Source of the DNA: Candidatus Thorarchaeota archaeon
GTDB lineage: Archaea; Asgardarchaeota; Thorarchaeia; Thorarchaeales; Thorarchaeaceae
Direction: 5' to 3'
NCBI GenBank assembly: GCA_004524445.1
Contig: SDNP01000001.1
Span: 64,001-128,000, forward strand
DNA length: 64,000 nt
Part shown: one piece after another, positions 51,898 through 61,802 of the stretch
Layout: every line of letters starts with the position of its first letter
Numbering within the stretch: position 1 is the first letter of the stretch
The notes under the pieces: model-generated
The model's input: the letters and a program-made list of their open reading frames with translations, nothing else
What the model was told of the DNA's origin: nothing
The model's database searches: none
Position numbers and translations under genes: made by a program

Positions 51898-52607
51898 ATG
51901 TTCGCATATACGATTCTGTTTGTCCAGAAACGAAGTGCCTCAGTATCGCCTTTTAAGACATTATTGAGTTGAGCTACAGATAGCTCTCCTTCCCGATAGA
52001 TCTTGATTATAGATGAATCGTCTTCTTCTTGAACTCCTATGATGGTGGAGTCTTTCTCGCTGGAGGATGGACCGGCGTCAATATAGAGGTCGACTTCATT
52101 ACCTAGTTGTTCCTCTGCTTCAGAAACGGTATACGGACTTGGTCCTCCCGATTTATTCGCACTGGTTCCAACTATAGGCGCTTCGATCTTTCTAGCAATC
52201 TCACGTGGTATCTGGTGCCCAGGCACTCTAATGAGGATACTTCCGCGACCTCCCGAAATTAGGTTAGAAACATCCTGTTGTGGAGAAACTACGAGCGTAA
52301 GAGGACCTGGCCAAAAGAGCCTTGTTAAGACTCTCTCCAAATCAAGGAACTCGTGATATGGCTCACATTGTTTCATATCAGCGAATAGAAGTGGTACCCC
52401 CAAATCGCGTCTTCTCTCTTTGGCATCAATGAGTCTTTCAATGGCACCCTCTTGTCTTGGATCACATGCAAGACCATAGCTTGTATCCGTGGGATAGACT
52501 ACCAGTCCTCCTGCTAATAATTCCTCTGCAGCTTCGTCAACCACTTGGCTCATATTATTGTCATCTATTGTAAGCGTTCGCGAATTCAAGGGACTTTTCA
52601 CTACCAT
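51894..52607 (-). CDS. tsaC: Threonylcarbamoyl-AMP synthase (TsaC/Sua5, short form)
   Basis: VYPTDTSYGL, KxR, FWPGPLT, TSAN, STI. Confidence 0.9.
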   Translation of the reverse strand: MVVKSPLNSRTLTIDDNNMSQVVDEAAEELLAGGLVVYPTDTSYGLACDPRQEGAIERLIDAKERRRDLGVPLLFADMKQCEPYHEFLDLERVLTRLFWPGPLTLVVSPQQDVSNLISGGRGSILIRVPGHQIPREIARKIEAPIVGTSANKSGGPSPYTVSEAEEQLGNEVDLYIDAGPSSSEKDSTIIGVQEEDDSSIIKIYREGELSVAQLNNVLKGDTEALRFWTNRIVYANM

Positions 52608-52702
52608 CCAAGTTTAAAGCAAATACTATCTATGCTGTAAGCTTGCAAACATACATATGAAGCTTACAACTTAGCCTTTATGAAGAATATAGTCTAGGAG
52701 GA

Positions 52703-53731
52703 GTTGCCATCCAAGCATTACTACTGGCTGCCGGTAGAGGATTCCGCTTCGCACCTCTATCCAATAGGATTCCTAAGCCGCTAATCCACTGCGCAGGACG
52801 CCCCATCATCCATCATTTAATATCTGCACTCATTGAATCGGGAATAGAGAGGCTGGTTGTTGGTCTTGGTTGGAAGGCAAATATGCTGCAGCAATCTCTC
52901 ACATATGAAGGAGACTCGGTTAAAATCAAGAATGTGTTAGTTCCACATTATGAAAGGGGACCATTGAAGACATTTGTTACTGCCAGCACGGAATTGAGAA
53001 ATGAGCCTTTCATTGTTTGTCCTGCTGATTTAATATCTATGAGCATCAATTTCAAGAAGATAATCAGATCTCACTTGCAGGATGAAGCATTATTGTCCTT
53101 AGCGGTGGACCCCCGCCTCGAAATTGGAACTAGGGTACATGGGGATGAGCGTGGGTTAGTAACCGGTGTGGGAGATGGTTCAGAAGGAAGGTTCCTCGGA
53201 AGCTCAGCCCAGATTCTTGTCGCGGAACACCAGTTTGTTAGATCATGCTTAGAGCTAGAAAAAAGGGGATTCACTACTCTATCTGAAGTCATCAAAGAAT
53301 TGGTTTCGAAGGGTAGAAAAATCAGAGCAACTCCCATCGCTAACTATTGGAGGGATATCGATACATTTCAGGAGCTTATTGATGCCAATAGACATATACT
53401 CTCCTCAAAGCTGGAATTGCCTTCAGAGTGTGTATCCGTGCCGGCAGGAGATACTATGGAATTTGGAGAAGATATGACATTATCCTCAGGAATTAAGGTC
53501 CACTCTGGTACCAGAATTATTGGCCCTACTCTGATTATGAAAGAAACTACGATTGCAGAAAATTGCATTATTGGGCCGAATGTTAGCCTCTCTGAAGGTA
53601 CAACTGTGGGGGCATCATCTTCAATAGAAAATGCGATAGTATTTGGCCCTGGAACCGCTGGCGAGGGAATGTTTCTTTCTAATGTGATTATTTTCAAAGA
53701 CCGAATCATCCAAGGTGAAACGACAGAATGA
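52703..53731 (+). CDS. Sugar-phosphate nucleotidyltransferase with left-handed beta-helix C-terminus; non-canonical start
   Basis: Frame extends upstream of 52883 to VAIQALLLAAGRGFRFAPLSNRIPKPL (signature motif); hexapeptide repeats at the C-terminus. Confidence 0.85.
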   Translation, partial: VAIQALLLAAGRGFRFAPLSNRIPKPLIHCAGRPIIHHLISALIESGIERLVVGLGWKANMLQQSLTYEGDSVKIKNVLVPHYERGPLKTFVTASTELRNEPFIVCPADLISMSINFKKIIRSHLQDEALLSLAVDPRLEIGTRVHGDERGLVTGVGDGSEGRFLGSSAQILVAEHQFVRSCLELEKRGFTTLSEVIKELVSKGRKIRATPIANYWRDIDTFQELIDANRHILSSKLELPSECVSVPAGDTMEFGEDMTLSSGIKVHSGTRIIGPTLIMKETTIAENCIIGPNVSLSEGTTVGASSSIENAIVFGPGTAGEGMFLSNVIIFKDRIIQGETTE

Positions 53732-54330
53732 GTCCGAGTAAGTACAGAGTTCGCAGAATCTTTGGTGGTACTGTTAAGGCGTTGGCAAAACCATTCATTA
53801 GATTGAATATTAACCCCACAGTTGTTACCTATATCTCGCTGCTTTTCGCTTTTCTCGCGGCATTAAGCTTGGTATTGACACAGAACCCCCAACTCTATGC
53901 AATACTGATTTTTCTGACGGGATTATTCGATGGTGTAGATGGAGCAGTTGCACGAGCAACTGGCAAGTCTTCGGACTTGGGTGCATTCTCCGATTCTGTT
54001 GTGGATAAAGTAGCTGAATTCTTGATTCTACTTCCACTCGCCATGGTTTTTTCGAATGTCAGTTTATTGGGTGTTTCTATCCCGCTCTGGGTAGTAATTT
54101 GCATAACCTCTTGGCTTCTTACTAGCTATACTCGGTCGAGAGCGGCATCTTTGGGCGTAGAGGATCTAGACGTTGGGTTGGGCGGTAGGTCTGAACGTCT
54201 GTTCATTTTGGTGATTTTTGCTTTGTTTGGACTACTTCATATCGGCTTGGTTACTGTGACTCTAATGGGTGTAGGAACCGCCGTCTTTAGATATCTCCAC
54301 TATTCAGATGCTCTCAGAATGTTTGAGTAA
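53728..54330 (+). CDS. CDP-alcohol phosphatidyltransferase
   Basis: DGVDGAVARA...GAFSDSVVD. Confidence 0.92.
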   Translation: MSPSKYRVRRIFGGTVKALAKPFIRLNINPTVVTYISLLFAFLAALSLVLTQNPQLYAILIFLTGLFDGVDGAVARATGKSSDLGAFSDSVVDKVAEFLILLPLAMVFSNVSLLGVSIPLWVVICITSWLLTSYTRSRAASLGVEDLDVGLGGRSERLFILVIFALFGLLHIGLVTVTLMGVGTAVFRYLHYSDALRMFE

Positions 54331-54429
54331 TACAAAAGGAAAAACCACAATGAAAGCAATCGCATTACCATTATACTTAAGTGCCTGACCAAACTGGGCG
54401 CACTTACTCATTGAATGGAGTGACTATCA

Positions 54430-54849
54430 ATGGCCATTTTCAGAGCGGATCACTATCTTATTGCTGAATTCGAAAAGGTATCTGATGTTAGAAAGACCGG
54501 TCAAGATGTTCTGGAAGCACTGCAAAAGGTCTCCGAATTGAAGGATTTAGCTATGGTCTTCAAGCGAATGGAAGGAAAACAGTGGACTGAAATTGTTGGG
54601 AGAATTGACATTCCGGAGGGCTCCAAGGCATTTTGGGCGATGATAAAGAGGGAGGTCACAGACCGTGAACCCTACAATCTTTTCATCCGACTTGACCGTA
54701 ACGCTGAGGGCGAAACTATAGAGGACGCTCGGGCCGAGGTAAAGAAGTGGGTGGAGACTGAGATTGCACCAAAAATCGAGTCAAAAACGAATGTTAAAAT
54801 GATCAAGGCTGTAGAACCCCAAGAAGTCTTCATGCCCAAACTTGACTAA
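54430..54849 (+). CDS. Hypothetical protein
   Basis: 139 aa ORF with GGAGTG upstream. Confidence 0.7.
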   Translation: MAIFRADHYLIAEFEKVSDVRKTGQDVLEALQKVSELKDLAMVFKRMEGKQWTEIVGRIDIPEGSKAFWAMIKREVTDREPYNLFIRLDRNAEGETIEDARAEVKKWVETEIAPKIESKTNVKMIKAVEPQEVFMPKLD

Positions 54850-54854
54850 ATTCC

Positions 54855-55865
54855 TTAAGTTTCAACTGTTAACAGGTAAATAGAATTGCCAACAGATTGT
54901 ACAATATCAGTCTGGCCATTGCCATCTGTATCACCGTGGGCTATCTTGCTTTCGACAGCTTTCTTTGCTGTTTGTATCGTTACATCTTCGTAAATTTGGA
55001 CCCCCTCATAAGATAGGATTGATATCTTGGAGTCCCCTTGACTCACCAGCATCTGTCCTGCCGACCTGCCGTCGTGGTAGAAAGTACCCGCTCGCAACGA
55101 TGTGATTTTGCCTGGGGCGTGAATTCTAGCTAGTACACTGAGCGGTTTTGTAGCAGCTGATATCAATGAAATGTCCCGCTCATTACTGATGCCCATAATC
55201 TCGTCGACTCTGCCCCCCGTTATATTTCCAGTAGATACGAGAGTAACTTCGCCCTTGATTTGAATCTTTGAAATCTCATGAAGTCGGTCGTCCTGGTATT
55301 GGTAGATATACACATGGCCTGTGTCATCGCCAAAAGCAAATCGTGAATACGATATTCCCTTGCTATTAAGAGCCTCCATGGAGAAAACCGGTCGTTCCAC
55401 AACTTTGTGTGCCAGTTTGTCCAAGCACCCTCCAAACCAACCATAACACCGAAGGGCCTTATCGTTTGTACTGACGATTACTTCTTTCTTGTCGTCTGCC
55501 ATGACATTAGTGACAATCAGTGATGTGGGTAGACTGCCCAAGGGCGTACAATCTTCAACTATTAATGAATCCTCATCGAACCTCAAGACTCTGAGTTTGT
55601 TATCCAGGCCTCCTACGACAATGTTTGGTGTTCCGTCACCGTCTGTATCCCCCATGTCGAAAGCAGCAATGGGAGCAAGCTCATCTGATCTGGCAATTTC
55701 TTCAAGCTTGATTGGTTCACCATCAATAAAATCGTACACTCTAAGATTACCTTCGACTGTACAGAGAATTAGATTGTCTCGACCATCACCTGTAAGGTCA
55801 TAGAGCTCAATTCCGGTGATTGGCTCCTTGAATGAAAAGTCTGATTTTATGGAGAGTTCTGGCAT
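54855..55865 (-). CDS. Cytoplasmic FG-GAP/VCBS-repeat beta-propeller protein
   Basis: Repeats DLTGDGRD, GDTDGDGTP, GNITGGRVD, GDTDGNGQTD; no signal peptide. Confidence 0.75.
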   Translation of the reverse strand: MPELSIKSDFSFKEPITGIELYDLTGDGRDNLILCTVEGNLRVYDFIDGEPIKLEEIARSDELAPIAAFDMGDTDGDGTPNIVVGGLDNKLRVLRFDEDSLIVEDCTPLGSLPTSLIVTNVMADDKKEVIVSTNDKALRCYGWFGGCLDKLAHKVVERPVFSMEALNSKGISYSRFAFGDDTGHVYIYQYQDDRLHEISKIQIKGEVTLVSTGNITGGRVDEIMGISNERDISLISAATKPLSVLARIHAPGKITSLRAGTFYHDGRSAGQMLVSQGDSKISILSYEGVQIYEDVTIQTAKKAVESKIAHGDTDGNGQTDIVQSVGNSIYLLTVET

Positions 55866-56033
55866 TAAATGGCGACCTCACAGTAGAATACCATGGTCAG
55901 AATCTGATTCACCGAACCCCCAATTTAAAATTTGTCTGCTTTAGCTGCTGAGAGCAGAATGTTTCAATACGCCTCCTACAGAGCAACTGGTGGTGTTTAA
56001 CTACTATTGAAAACCATACTAGAATGATAAACG

Positions 56034-56570
56034 ATGAGCTTGTATGAGTTTTCTCCATTTTTGGACGATGAACTATGGAACTGTGATTTTTCGGAACTTT
56101 GTTGTGAGTTAAAGTCATTCGTTGATGAATTTGACAGCTTTGCTCCAGAGATTTTCGCCCAGCTTCGGTTCGATCTCTTTCGAAAGGGTTTGGGAAAGCA
56201 ATCACGATTCCAACTCTGCAGAGTTGCAGCACATGCGGGTTTCTGTTCTTTCTGTTCCGCGCTCTATAAATCAAAATACTGCCTCCTCTGGTTTAGGCTA
56301 TTCAACCAGATTCCAAGAAGAAGCATTCAGCGTTCTCCTCCCTGCATCCGGGAAGCCTATCGAAAAGGGAGCATCAAAACAGTTGCCAACTTCCTCAATA
56401 GAGTAAATGTACTACAAGCTCCATTCTACCAAAAGCAAGTTGTTCCCCACTGCAAGACGATGAAGGAATTTGGATATTGTGATCCGGACCGTATATGTGA
56501 AAGAATGGATGGAATAACCCCATTAGAGTATGAGCGGGTTAGAACTCAACTGAAAACCATGAATATTTGA
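56034..56570 (+). CDS. Cys-rich protein resembling the primase large subunit C-terminal Fe-S domain
   Basis: PPCI...PHCKTM..GYC...IC....TPLEY. Confidence 0.55.
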   Translation: MSLYEFSPFLDDELWNCDFSELCCELKSFVDEFDSFAPEIFAQLRFDLFRKGLGKQSRFQLCRVAAHAGFCSFCSALYKSKYCLLWFRLFNQIPRRSIQRSPPCIREAYRKGSIKTVANFLNRVNVLQAPFYQKQVVPHCKTMKEFGYCDPDRICERMDGITPLEYERVRTQLKTMNI

Positions 56571-56633
56571 AATCCAGAAGATTCAGCCATTGCTTAAATA
56601 TAGGTCCCCCTCATCTGACTTCGGGGTCGGACC

Positions 56634-58139
56634 GTGAAAGATGCTATTGAGATTGATGTCATTCGATTAATTCGTTTGACTGGCATTCGAGAAGAGAATA
56701 TACGACGCGCCATAAAAGAAAAAGGAAAGAATTGGAATAAAATCCAACAAAGCATTGCCTATCACAACAAAATCCTGAATCTCGGAGAACCACACACTAG
56801 ACAGAAGGCAATCCAGGACCCCATTCATGGAGCAATTCTCCTTGAACCCTGGGAACTTGATATCATCTCCTCTTGGGAAATGCTTCGACTTAGATATGTG
56901 AAGCAACTCGGCCCTGCTCATATTGTCTATCCCGGAGCAACTCACACCCGCTTCGAACATTGTATTGGCACGAGTTTTCTTGCCCAGAAATGCGTACGTG
57001 TTGTAAACTACTGTGAAGACTTGGACGAGGCTTGTTTTGTACCCTTATCGCGGCTCTTGGAACCACATCATCAAAAGCTCTTTAGAATCGCTGCTCTCCT
57101 GCATGATGTGGGTCATCCTCCAACATCTCATACCATAGAATTTGCCCTCGAGAACTGGGCGGGTTTATCCCACACTGACTTGGGACAATTTCTCATTTTG
57201 AATAGCGGTCTAACTAATGTTCTATGTGAAAATGATATCGACCCAGCAACCCTTGTTTCGATTCTAAAGGGTGACACTAAGGACCCGGTTCTCGCCCTAT
57301 TGACTGACTTCTTGGATAGCCCTCTTGATTTGGACAAAACTGATTACTTAATCCGGGATGCTCATTTCAGTGGTGTTGAACTGGGAATATTTCCTGCAGA
57401 ACGGGTTCTCTTGACAAATCGAGTTATCAAGAATGATGGGGAATACCGTAGAGCATTCATGTTAAAGGCTCTGCATTCTTTGGAATCACTAATACTAAGT
57501 CGGTCTTGGATGTTTGCTGACCTCTACTTGCATCATGCGGTACGTGTTGCGGAGGCTTTGACATCAAAGGCAACCTACTACAGAATGAAAGAAGAAGACC
57601 TAACCAAGAATGAATGTATTGGATTGTTTACCAGAATGACTGATGCTGATCTATATAGATGGCTTAGTGAATCAGATATTGATTTCGTCAAGGAATATGC
57701 TGCTCGCATTCGATATCGCCGCCTGTTCAAGGTCGTGACATCAAGACCAATAGCCTCATTCGATGAAGACACTCGGGACTTCCTTCTCTCTACCCTTCAT
57801 GACGTAGATGCATTGACAAAAGTAGAGCTAGAGTTGGTTGATGATGTTGGACAAGTAATTGTTGATGTTGTTAATCCTATTCTTGGCGAAGACTTTCTGC
57901 GGAATATTCCAATCCTGGTTGGTGGAATGCGGGGTTTTGATGTCGTACCTCTATCAGAAACTGAAGAAGGTCGACCACTTTTGCAGGCTCTCAGACAACA
58001 GAAACGCACAATCCCCGCTGTGCGCATATATTCGGACCCATTAATAGCCACCGAAGTTCGTTCGAAATTTGAAAAGGAATTCCCATCAGAAAAACAACCT
58101 CCCTACCGTGAAGATGACTATGGCTTTTCGGACTATTGA
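56634..58139 (+). CDS. HD-domain phosphohydrolase (SAMHD1/dNTPase-like)
   Basis: DPIHG, RLRYVKQLG, HTRFEH, LLHDVGH, DKTDYLIRD. Confidence 0.9.
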   Translation: MKDAIEIDVIRLIRLTGIREENIRRAIKEKGKNWNKIQQSIAYHNKILNLGEPHTRQKAIQDPIHGAILLEPWELDIISSWEMLRLRYVKQLGPAHIVYPGATHTRFEHCIGTSFLAQKCVRVVNYCEDLDEACFVPLSRLLEPHHQKLFRIAALLHDVGHPPTSHTIEFALENWAGLSHTDLGQFLILNSGLTNVLCENDIDPATLVSILKGDTKDPVLALLTDFLDSPLDLDKTDYLIRDAHFSGVELGIFPAERVLLTNRVIKNDGEYRRAFMLKALHSLESLILSRSWMFADLYLHHAVRVAEALTSKATYYRMKEEDLTKNECIGLFTRMTDADLYRWLSESDIDFVKEYAARIRYRRLFKVVTSRPIASFDEDTRDFLLSTLHDVDALTKVELELVDDVGQVIVDVVNPILGEDFLRNIPILVGGMRGFDVVPLSETEEGRPLLQALRQQKRTIPAVRIYSDPLIATEVRSKFEKEFPSEKQPPYREDDYGFSDY

Positions 58140-58152
58140 GTCACCACTCAGC

Positions 58153-58839
58153 TCACAGGAGGATAGTGGCGATCTGTTTAGCTTTCTCGAAACCTTGCTC
58201 GATGTAAATCACTCCGAACAATGCCTCTACGAGAGTTCCCTTTATGTGTTCCATCTCGGATTTTTCTTGGGTTTCTGGGTCAAAATGAATGCGATGTTCA
58301 TATAGCCCAAATCTGTCGCATATTCGAGCTAGATGTTCATTGCTGACTATTTCTGAACGACGCTGCGTGAGTTGACCGGCATGAGATACATCCGGTTTCC
58401 AAAGGTGATCCAGGATAGCGATATCAATAACCGCATCTCCTAAGAGACCAAGTACCTTTGCGATTTCGCTTAAGTCAATAAATGTCTCGAGCTTCTGCAC
58501 ATCACACGTTGCGCCTTCCTCCGAATAGTGCGTCTGAATCTCTAAGAACACATTCTTAGTACTGGGCTGGAAAAGTGAAACGGTCAGCAATCCCCTTCTA
58601 TTCCAAGGCACATCGAGTTCTGACTCGAGGCTTGGCTGGAGATGCTCCTCAATGTGCTGTATAGATGTGCGAATGCCCGATAGCATATTCCTCCAACGAG
58701 TCATTTTCCTCAGAGCTCGTGTGTTTTTAGGAGGAGTTTTTCCGATTGATTCATTTACCAAATTCAAAAGATAATTGAGATTCTCTTCTAGCTGAATCTC
58801 CTCCCAGTGCAATGGGGCATTGCCACTACCAGATACCAT
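58153..58839 (-). CDS. RNase III-domain protein (Mini-III-like, no dsRBD)
   Basis: LGLLGDAVI, RSEIVSNEHLA, TLVEALFGVIY. Confidence 0.8.
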   Translation of the reverse strand: MVSGSGNAPLHWEEIQLEENLNYLLNLVNESIGKTPPKNTRALRKMTRWRNMLSGIRTSIQHIEEHLQPSLESELDVPWNRRGLLTVSLFQPSTKNVFLEIQTHYSEEGATCDVQKLETFIDLSEIAKVLGLLGDAVIDIAILDHLWKPDVSHAGQLTQRRSEIVSNEHLARICDRFGLYEHRIHFDPETQEKSEMEHIKGTLVEALFGVIYIEQGFEKAKQIATILL

Positions 58840-59641
58840 TTTCGAACTCCCTTGGATGTAACTGTGTGACTACGGTCCCATCAACATCATACTTCTCTAC
58901 ATATATTCCGCGAAGCGCATACTCTTCCGTTACTCTTGTTAATGCTGCTTGGACCAAAGGTGTTCCCATCGACAGGTCCACCACAATATCATGGGATGGT
59001 AAATAATCAATTACAATATCTCGGATAAAATCATATGCGGCGGGAAGATTTCCATGGTCTGCTCCTTCTTGTTTGCTGGTGATTTCTGGTGGAATATCGT
59101 ACCAGTCAGTATCCCATTTCCGTCCCGTCCCGTTTGGAATGAATCTATCAACACTTCTCAATACTTGCCTTTGCCAAGTTCTTGCCTCGACAAACAATAG
59201 CAGGTTGCGAGGTCTGAATTCCTTTGATTTACTTAACCAGAGAATGAAAGGGCGCTGGTCATCCGGTTGTTCAAGTGACGCGATATAGGCCAATGGACGC
59301 TTAATGCCTAGAGCTCTCCTAACCGGATGAATCGCTCTCGGACAGAGCTCATAGATCCTCTCTTTGGATTCTCTTCTGCTTCTGATTATTCCTTCATCTT
59401 CTAGGTGCTTGGTATTATGGTAGAGTTTTGGGTCAGATACCACGACCTTCTCCACCTTAACCTGTTCTTTTCCCTTCTTATCGATGAGTTTGGCCGTCAT
59501 ATCTTTTCGTATGCTCTCCCGTAGCTCACTGCCGGACTTAGGTCCTCCTTCTAATTGGTCCAGTATTATTCGTCTCGCGCGAACACACTCTACTTCTTCT
59601 TGAATGACTTGGTCTGCCGTTTTACCCAACATGTCAATCAC
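58826..59641 (-). CDS. wHTH transcriptional regulator with C-terminal CARF-like domain
   Basis: ArsR-like wHTH (RRIILDQL..GPKSGSEL; LYHNTKHLEDEGII) plus IVVDLSMGTPLVQAAL. Confidence 0.6.
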   Translation of the reverse strand: MIDMLGKTADQVIQEEVECVRARRIILDQLEGGPKSGSELRESIRKDMTAKLIDKKGKEQVKVEKVVVSDPKLYHNTKHLEDEGIIRSRRESKERIYELCPRAIHPVRRALGIKRPLAYIASLEQPDDQRPFILWLSKSKEFRPRNLLLFVEARTWQRQVLRSVDRFIPNGTGRKWDTDWYDIPPEITSKQEGADHGNLPAAYDFIRDIVIDYLPSHDIVVDLSMGTPLVQAALTRVTEEYALRGIYVEKYDVDGTVVTQLHPREFENGIW

Positions 59642-60010
59642 CTCAGGCTTGATTCTACAGGCTTACAAGGCTTGTCTATCAACCTGGGTAAATAACAATA
59701 TCGTATACATATATCATGTAGATGACCGAATATTGTCTGGATAGTATCTGGGTGATACTTGACTGACTTTGCCCAAGAGCTTCCTACGGCAGCTTTGAGC
59801 CTCCTAGAAGCCATTCCCGCAAAACGCTTCTCGAAAGGAAAGATATACATAACCTACATAGTTATTATATTCATTTAATAAAATAAGGCCAATCCCGATA
59901 AACCTTAAATGTCTCTGGAAGCACGAACACTTAGTACAGAGCTCTAGGCACTTCATGGAAGAGTCGAGAATCTCTGAACTACGACAACAAAAAAACGAGG
60001 ACCGTTAATA

Positions 60011-61153
60011 ATGGCTGAAACTGATGATCTGTTAGGGGCCAAACCCATTGTCATAGATAATGGAACTGGCCTTAGCAAAAACGGATATGCCGGCGAAGAT
60101 CAGCCACGAAGTGTCTGGCCTACGCTCATTGGATACCCAAGATATGAGAGTATAATGACCGACGTGGACCACTATACAAGAGACTATTACATCGGAGAGG
60201 AAGCAATTAACCTCCGCGGTGTGCTACGTCTGGTATATCCCATAACCCATGGTGTGATTGAAGACTGGGACGCAATTGAAAAAATCTGGTCATACACCTT
60301 CTACAATGACTTGAAGGTGGATCCAAGTGAGAACCCAGTTCTCCTCACTGAAGCACCATTCAACCCGCGAGAAAACCGAGAACGCATGGCATCTGTCATG
60401 TTCGACAATTTTGGTGTACCTGCAGTGTATGTTGCCACACAGGCAGTCCTGTCACTGTATGCATCCGGAAGGACCACTGGTCTGGTCATTGACTCCGGAG
60501 ACGGTGTGACCCACATTGTACCTATTTATGAGGGCTTTGCAATCACACACGCAATCCGAAGAATTGACTTGGCTGGAAGAGACATAACCGAGTATCTGCG
60601 TAGACTGCTCAGGCAGCGAGGCTACTCCTTCGTGAGCGGCGCAGAAAAAGAGATTGTTAGAGATATCAAAGAGAAGAGATGCTACGTTGCAATTGATCCT
60701 GAGAAGGAACGTGCAGTAGCTGACAAGGCTGGTGTTGACAAACCCTACATGCTACCAGATGGTGAAACCATCATGATTGGTGCAGAGAGGTTCCAGGCAC
60801 CTGAGCTGTTCTTCAATCCAAGTGCGATTGGTCTTGACACGATACCTCTTGACGATCACATCGTTGAGGCAATCAAGGCATGCGACGTCGACTTGCGACG
60901 TGACCTCTATGCCAACATCGTTCTGTCCGGTGGCTCAACTATGTTCGATGGACTGAAGCAGAGACTCCAGAAGGAGATCACTGAACTGGTACCTGAGAAC
61001 ATCGAGGTCCGCATCATCGCTCCCCCCGAGAGACAATACTCTGTCTGGATTGGCGGAAGTATTCTTGCTTCACTCAAGACGTTCCAGAAGATGTGGGTTT
61101 CACGCAAGGAGTTCGAAGAAGCAGGACCAGAAGTTATCCATCGTTGTATATAG
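60011..61153 (+). CDS. Actin (Asgard, eukaryote-like)
   Basis: IDNGTG, YPITHG, VLLTEAPFNP..NRE, QAVLSLYASGRTTG, DSGDGVTH, EIVRDIKEK, LSGGSTMF, APPERQYSVWIGGSILASL. Confidence 0.97.
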   Translation: MAETDDLLGAKPIVIDNGTGLSKNGYAGEDQPRSVWPTLIGYPRYESIMTDVDHYTRDYYIGEEAINLRGVLRLVYPITHGVIEDWDAIEKIWSYTFYNDLKVDPSENPVLLTEAPFNPRENRERMASVMFDNFGVPAVYVATQAVLSLYASGRTTGLVIDSGDGVTHIVPIYEGFAITHAIRRIDLAGRDITEYLRRLLRQRGYSFVSGAEKEIVRDIKEKRCYVAIDPEKERAVADKAGVDKPYMLPDGETIMIGAERFQAPELFFNPSAIGLDTIPLDDHIVEAIKACDVDLRRDLYANIVLSGGSTMFDGLKQRLQKEITELVPENIEVRIIAPPERQYSVWIGGSILASLKTFQKMWVSRKEFEEAGPEVIHRCI

Positions 61154-61171
61154 AACTCGCAAACAAGTTCA

Positions 61172-61214
61172 TGAAGGATGGGCTGCACTGCCCACCTTCA
61201 CTTTCCATTTTTCC
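61172..61214 (+). terminator. Hairpin plus pyrimidine tract after actin
   Basis: TGAAGG-A-TGGGC-tgcact-GCCCA-CCTTCA followed by CTTTCCATTTTT. Confidence 0.5.
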
Positions 61215-61279
61215 ATGATTCTTCACAAACTCATAGATTCTACTGACTTAAGAGGAAACAATCAATCTGATGAAGTAGA

Positions 61280-61801
61280 TTAGACGTTCTGGTTCGCCGG
61301 TATGAATCTCTTAGCACAGTTCTGACAATCAACCGATCCATCTTCATGCAGATCTCTCTTTTCGTAACTATAGACGGCACCGCAATGTGGACATTTTTTC
61401 GCTGTGTATGAATATTCTTTTTGCGGATATCTTTTCACCGAATATGCATAATCTCTTTCTCTGAATTTCCAATCCCATCCGCCCTCAGTAGCCAACTCCC
61501 CGAATTTCTCTTTGAACGTGCTTACCGCAGCCCCATATGAACCCCAAGTTAAATGCAAGAGTCCCGAGCCCCCTCCTGCTGGAATGACTTCCAAACTACA
61601 TTCATTATTCTCAATGGCATGCTCAAGTACAATAAGAATGACCTGCTCATTCATTGTCCGGTAGACTAATTCATCCTCAAGAAACACTCCATAAACATAC
61701 TCAGGGGTTTTCCACGTTCGCTTAATCACGCCTCCATAATGCTTGCGCAAGAATGAAACCAGAGTATCGATATCCAGATTTTTGATATCAAATATAGCCA
61801 C
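61280..61801 (-). CDS. Hypothetical protein with C-terminal zinc ribbon
   Basis: CPHC...CQNC. Confidence 0.7.
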   Translation of the reverse strand: MAIFDIKNLDIDTLVSFLRKHYGGVIKRTWKTPEYVYGVFLEDELVYRTMNEQVILIVLEHAIENNECSLEVIPAGGGSGLLHLTWGSYGAAVSTFKEKFGELATEGGWDWKFRERDYAYSVKRYPQKEYSYTAKKCPHCGAVYSYEKRDLHEDGSVDCQNCAKRFIPANQNV

Positions 61802-61802
61802 T

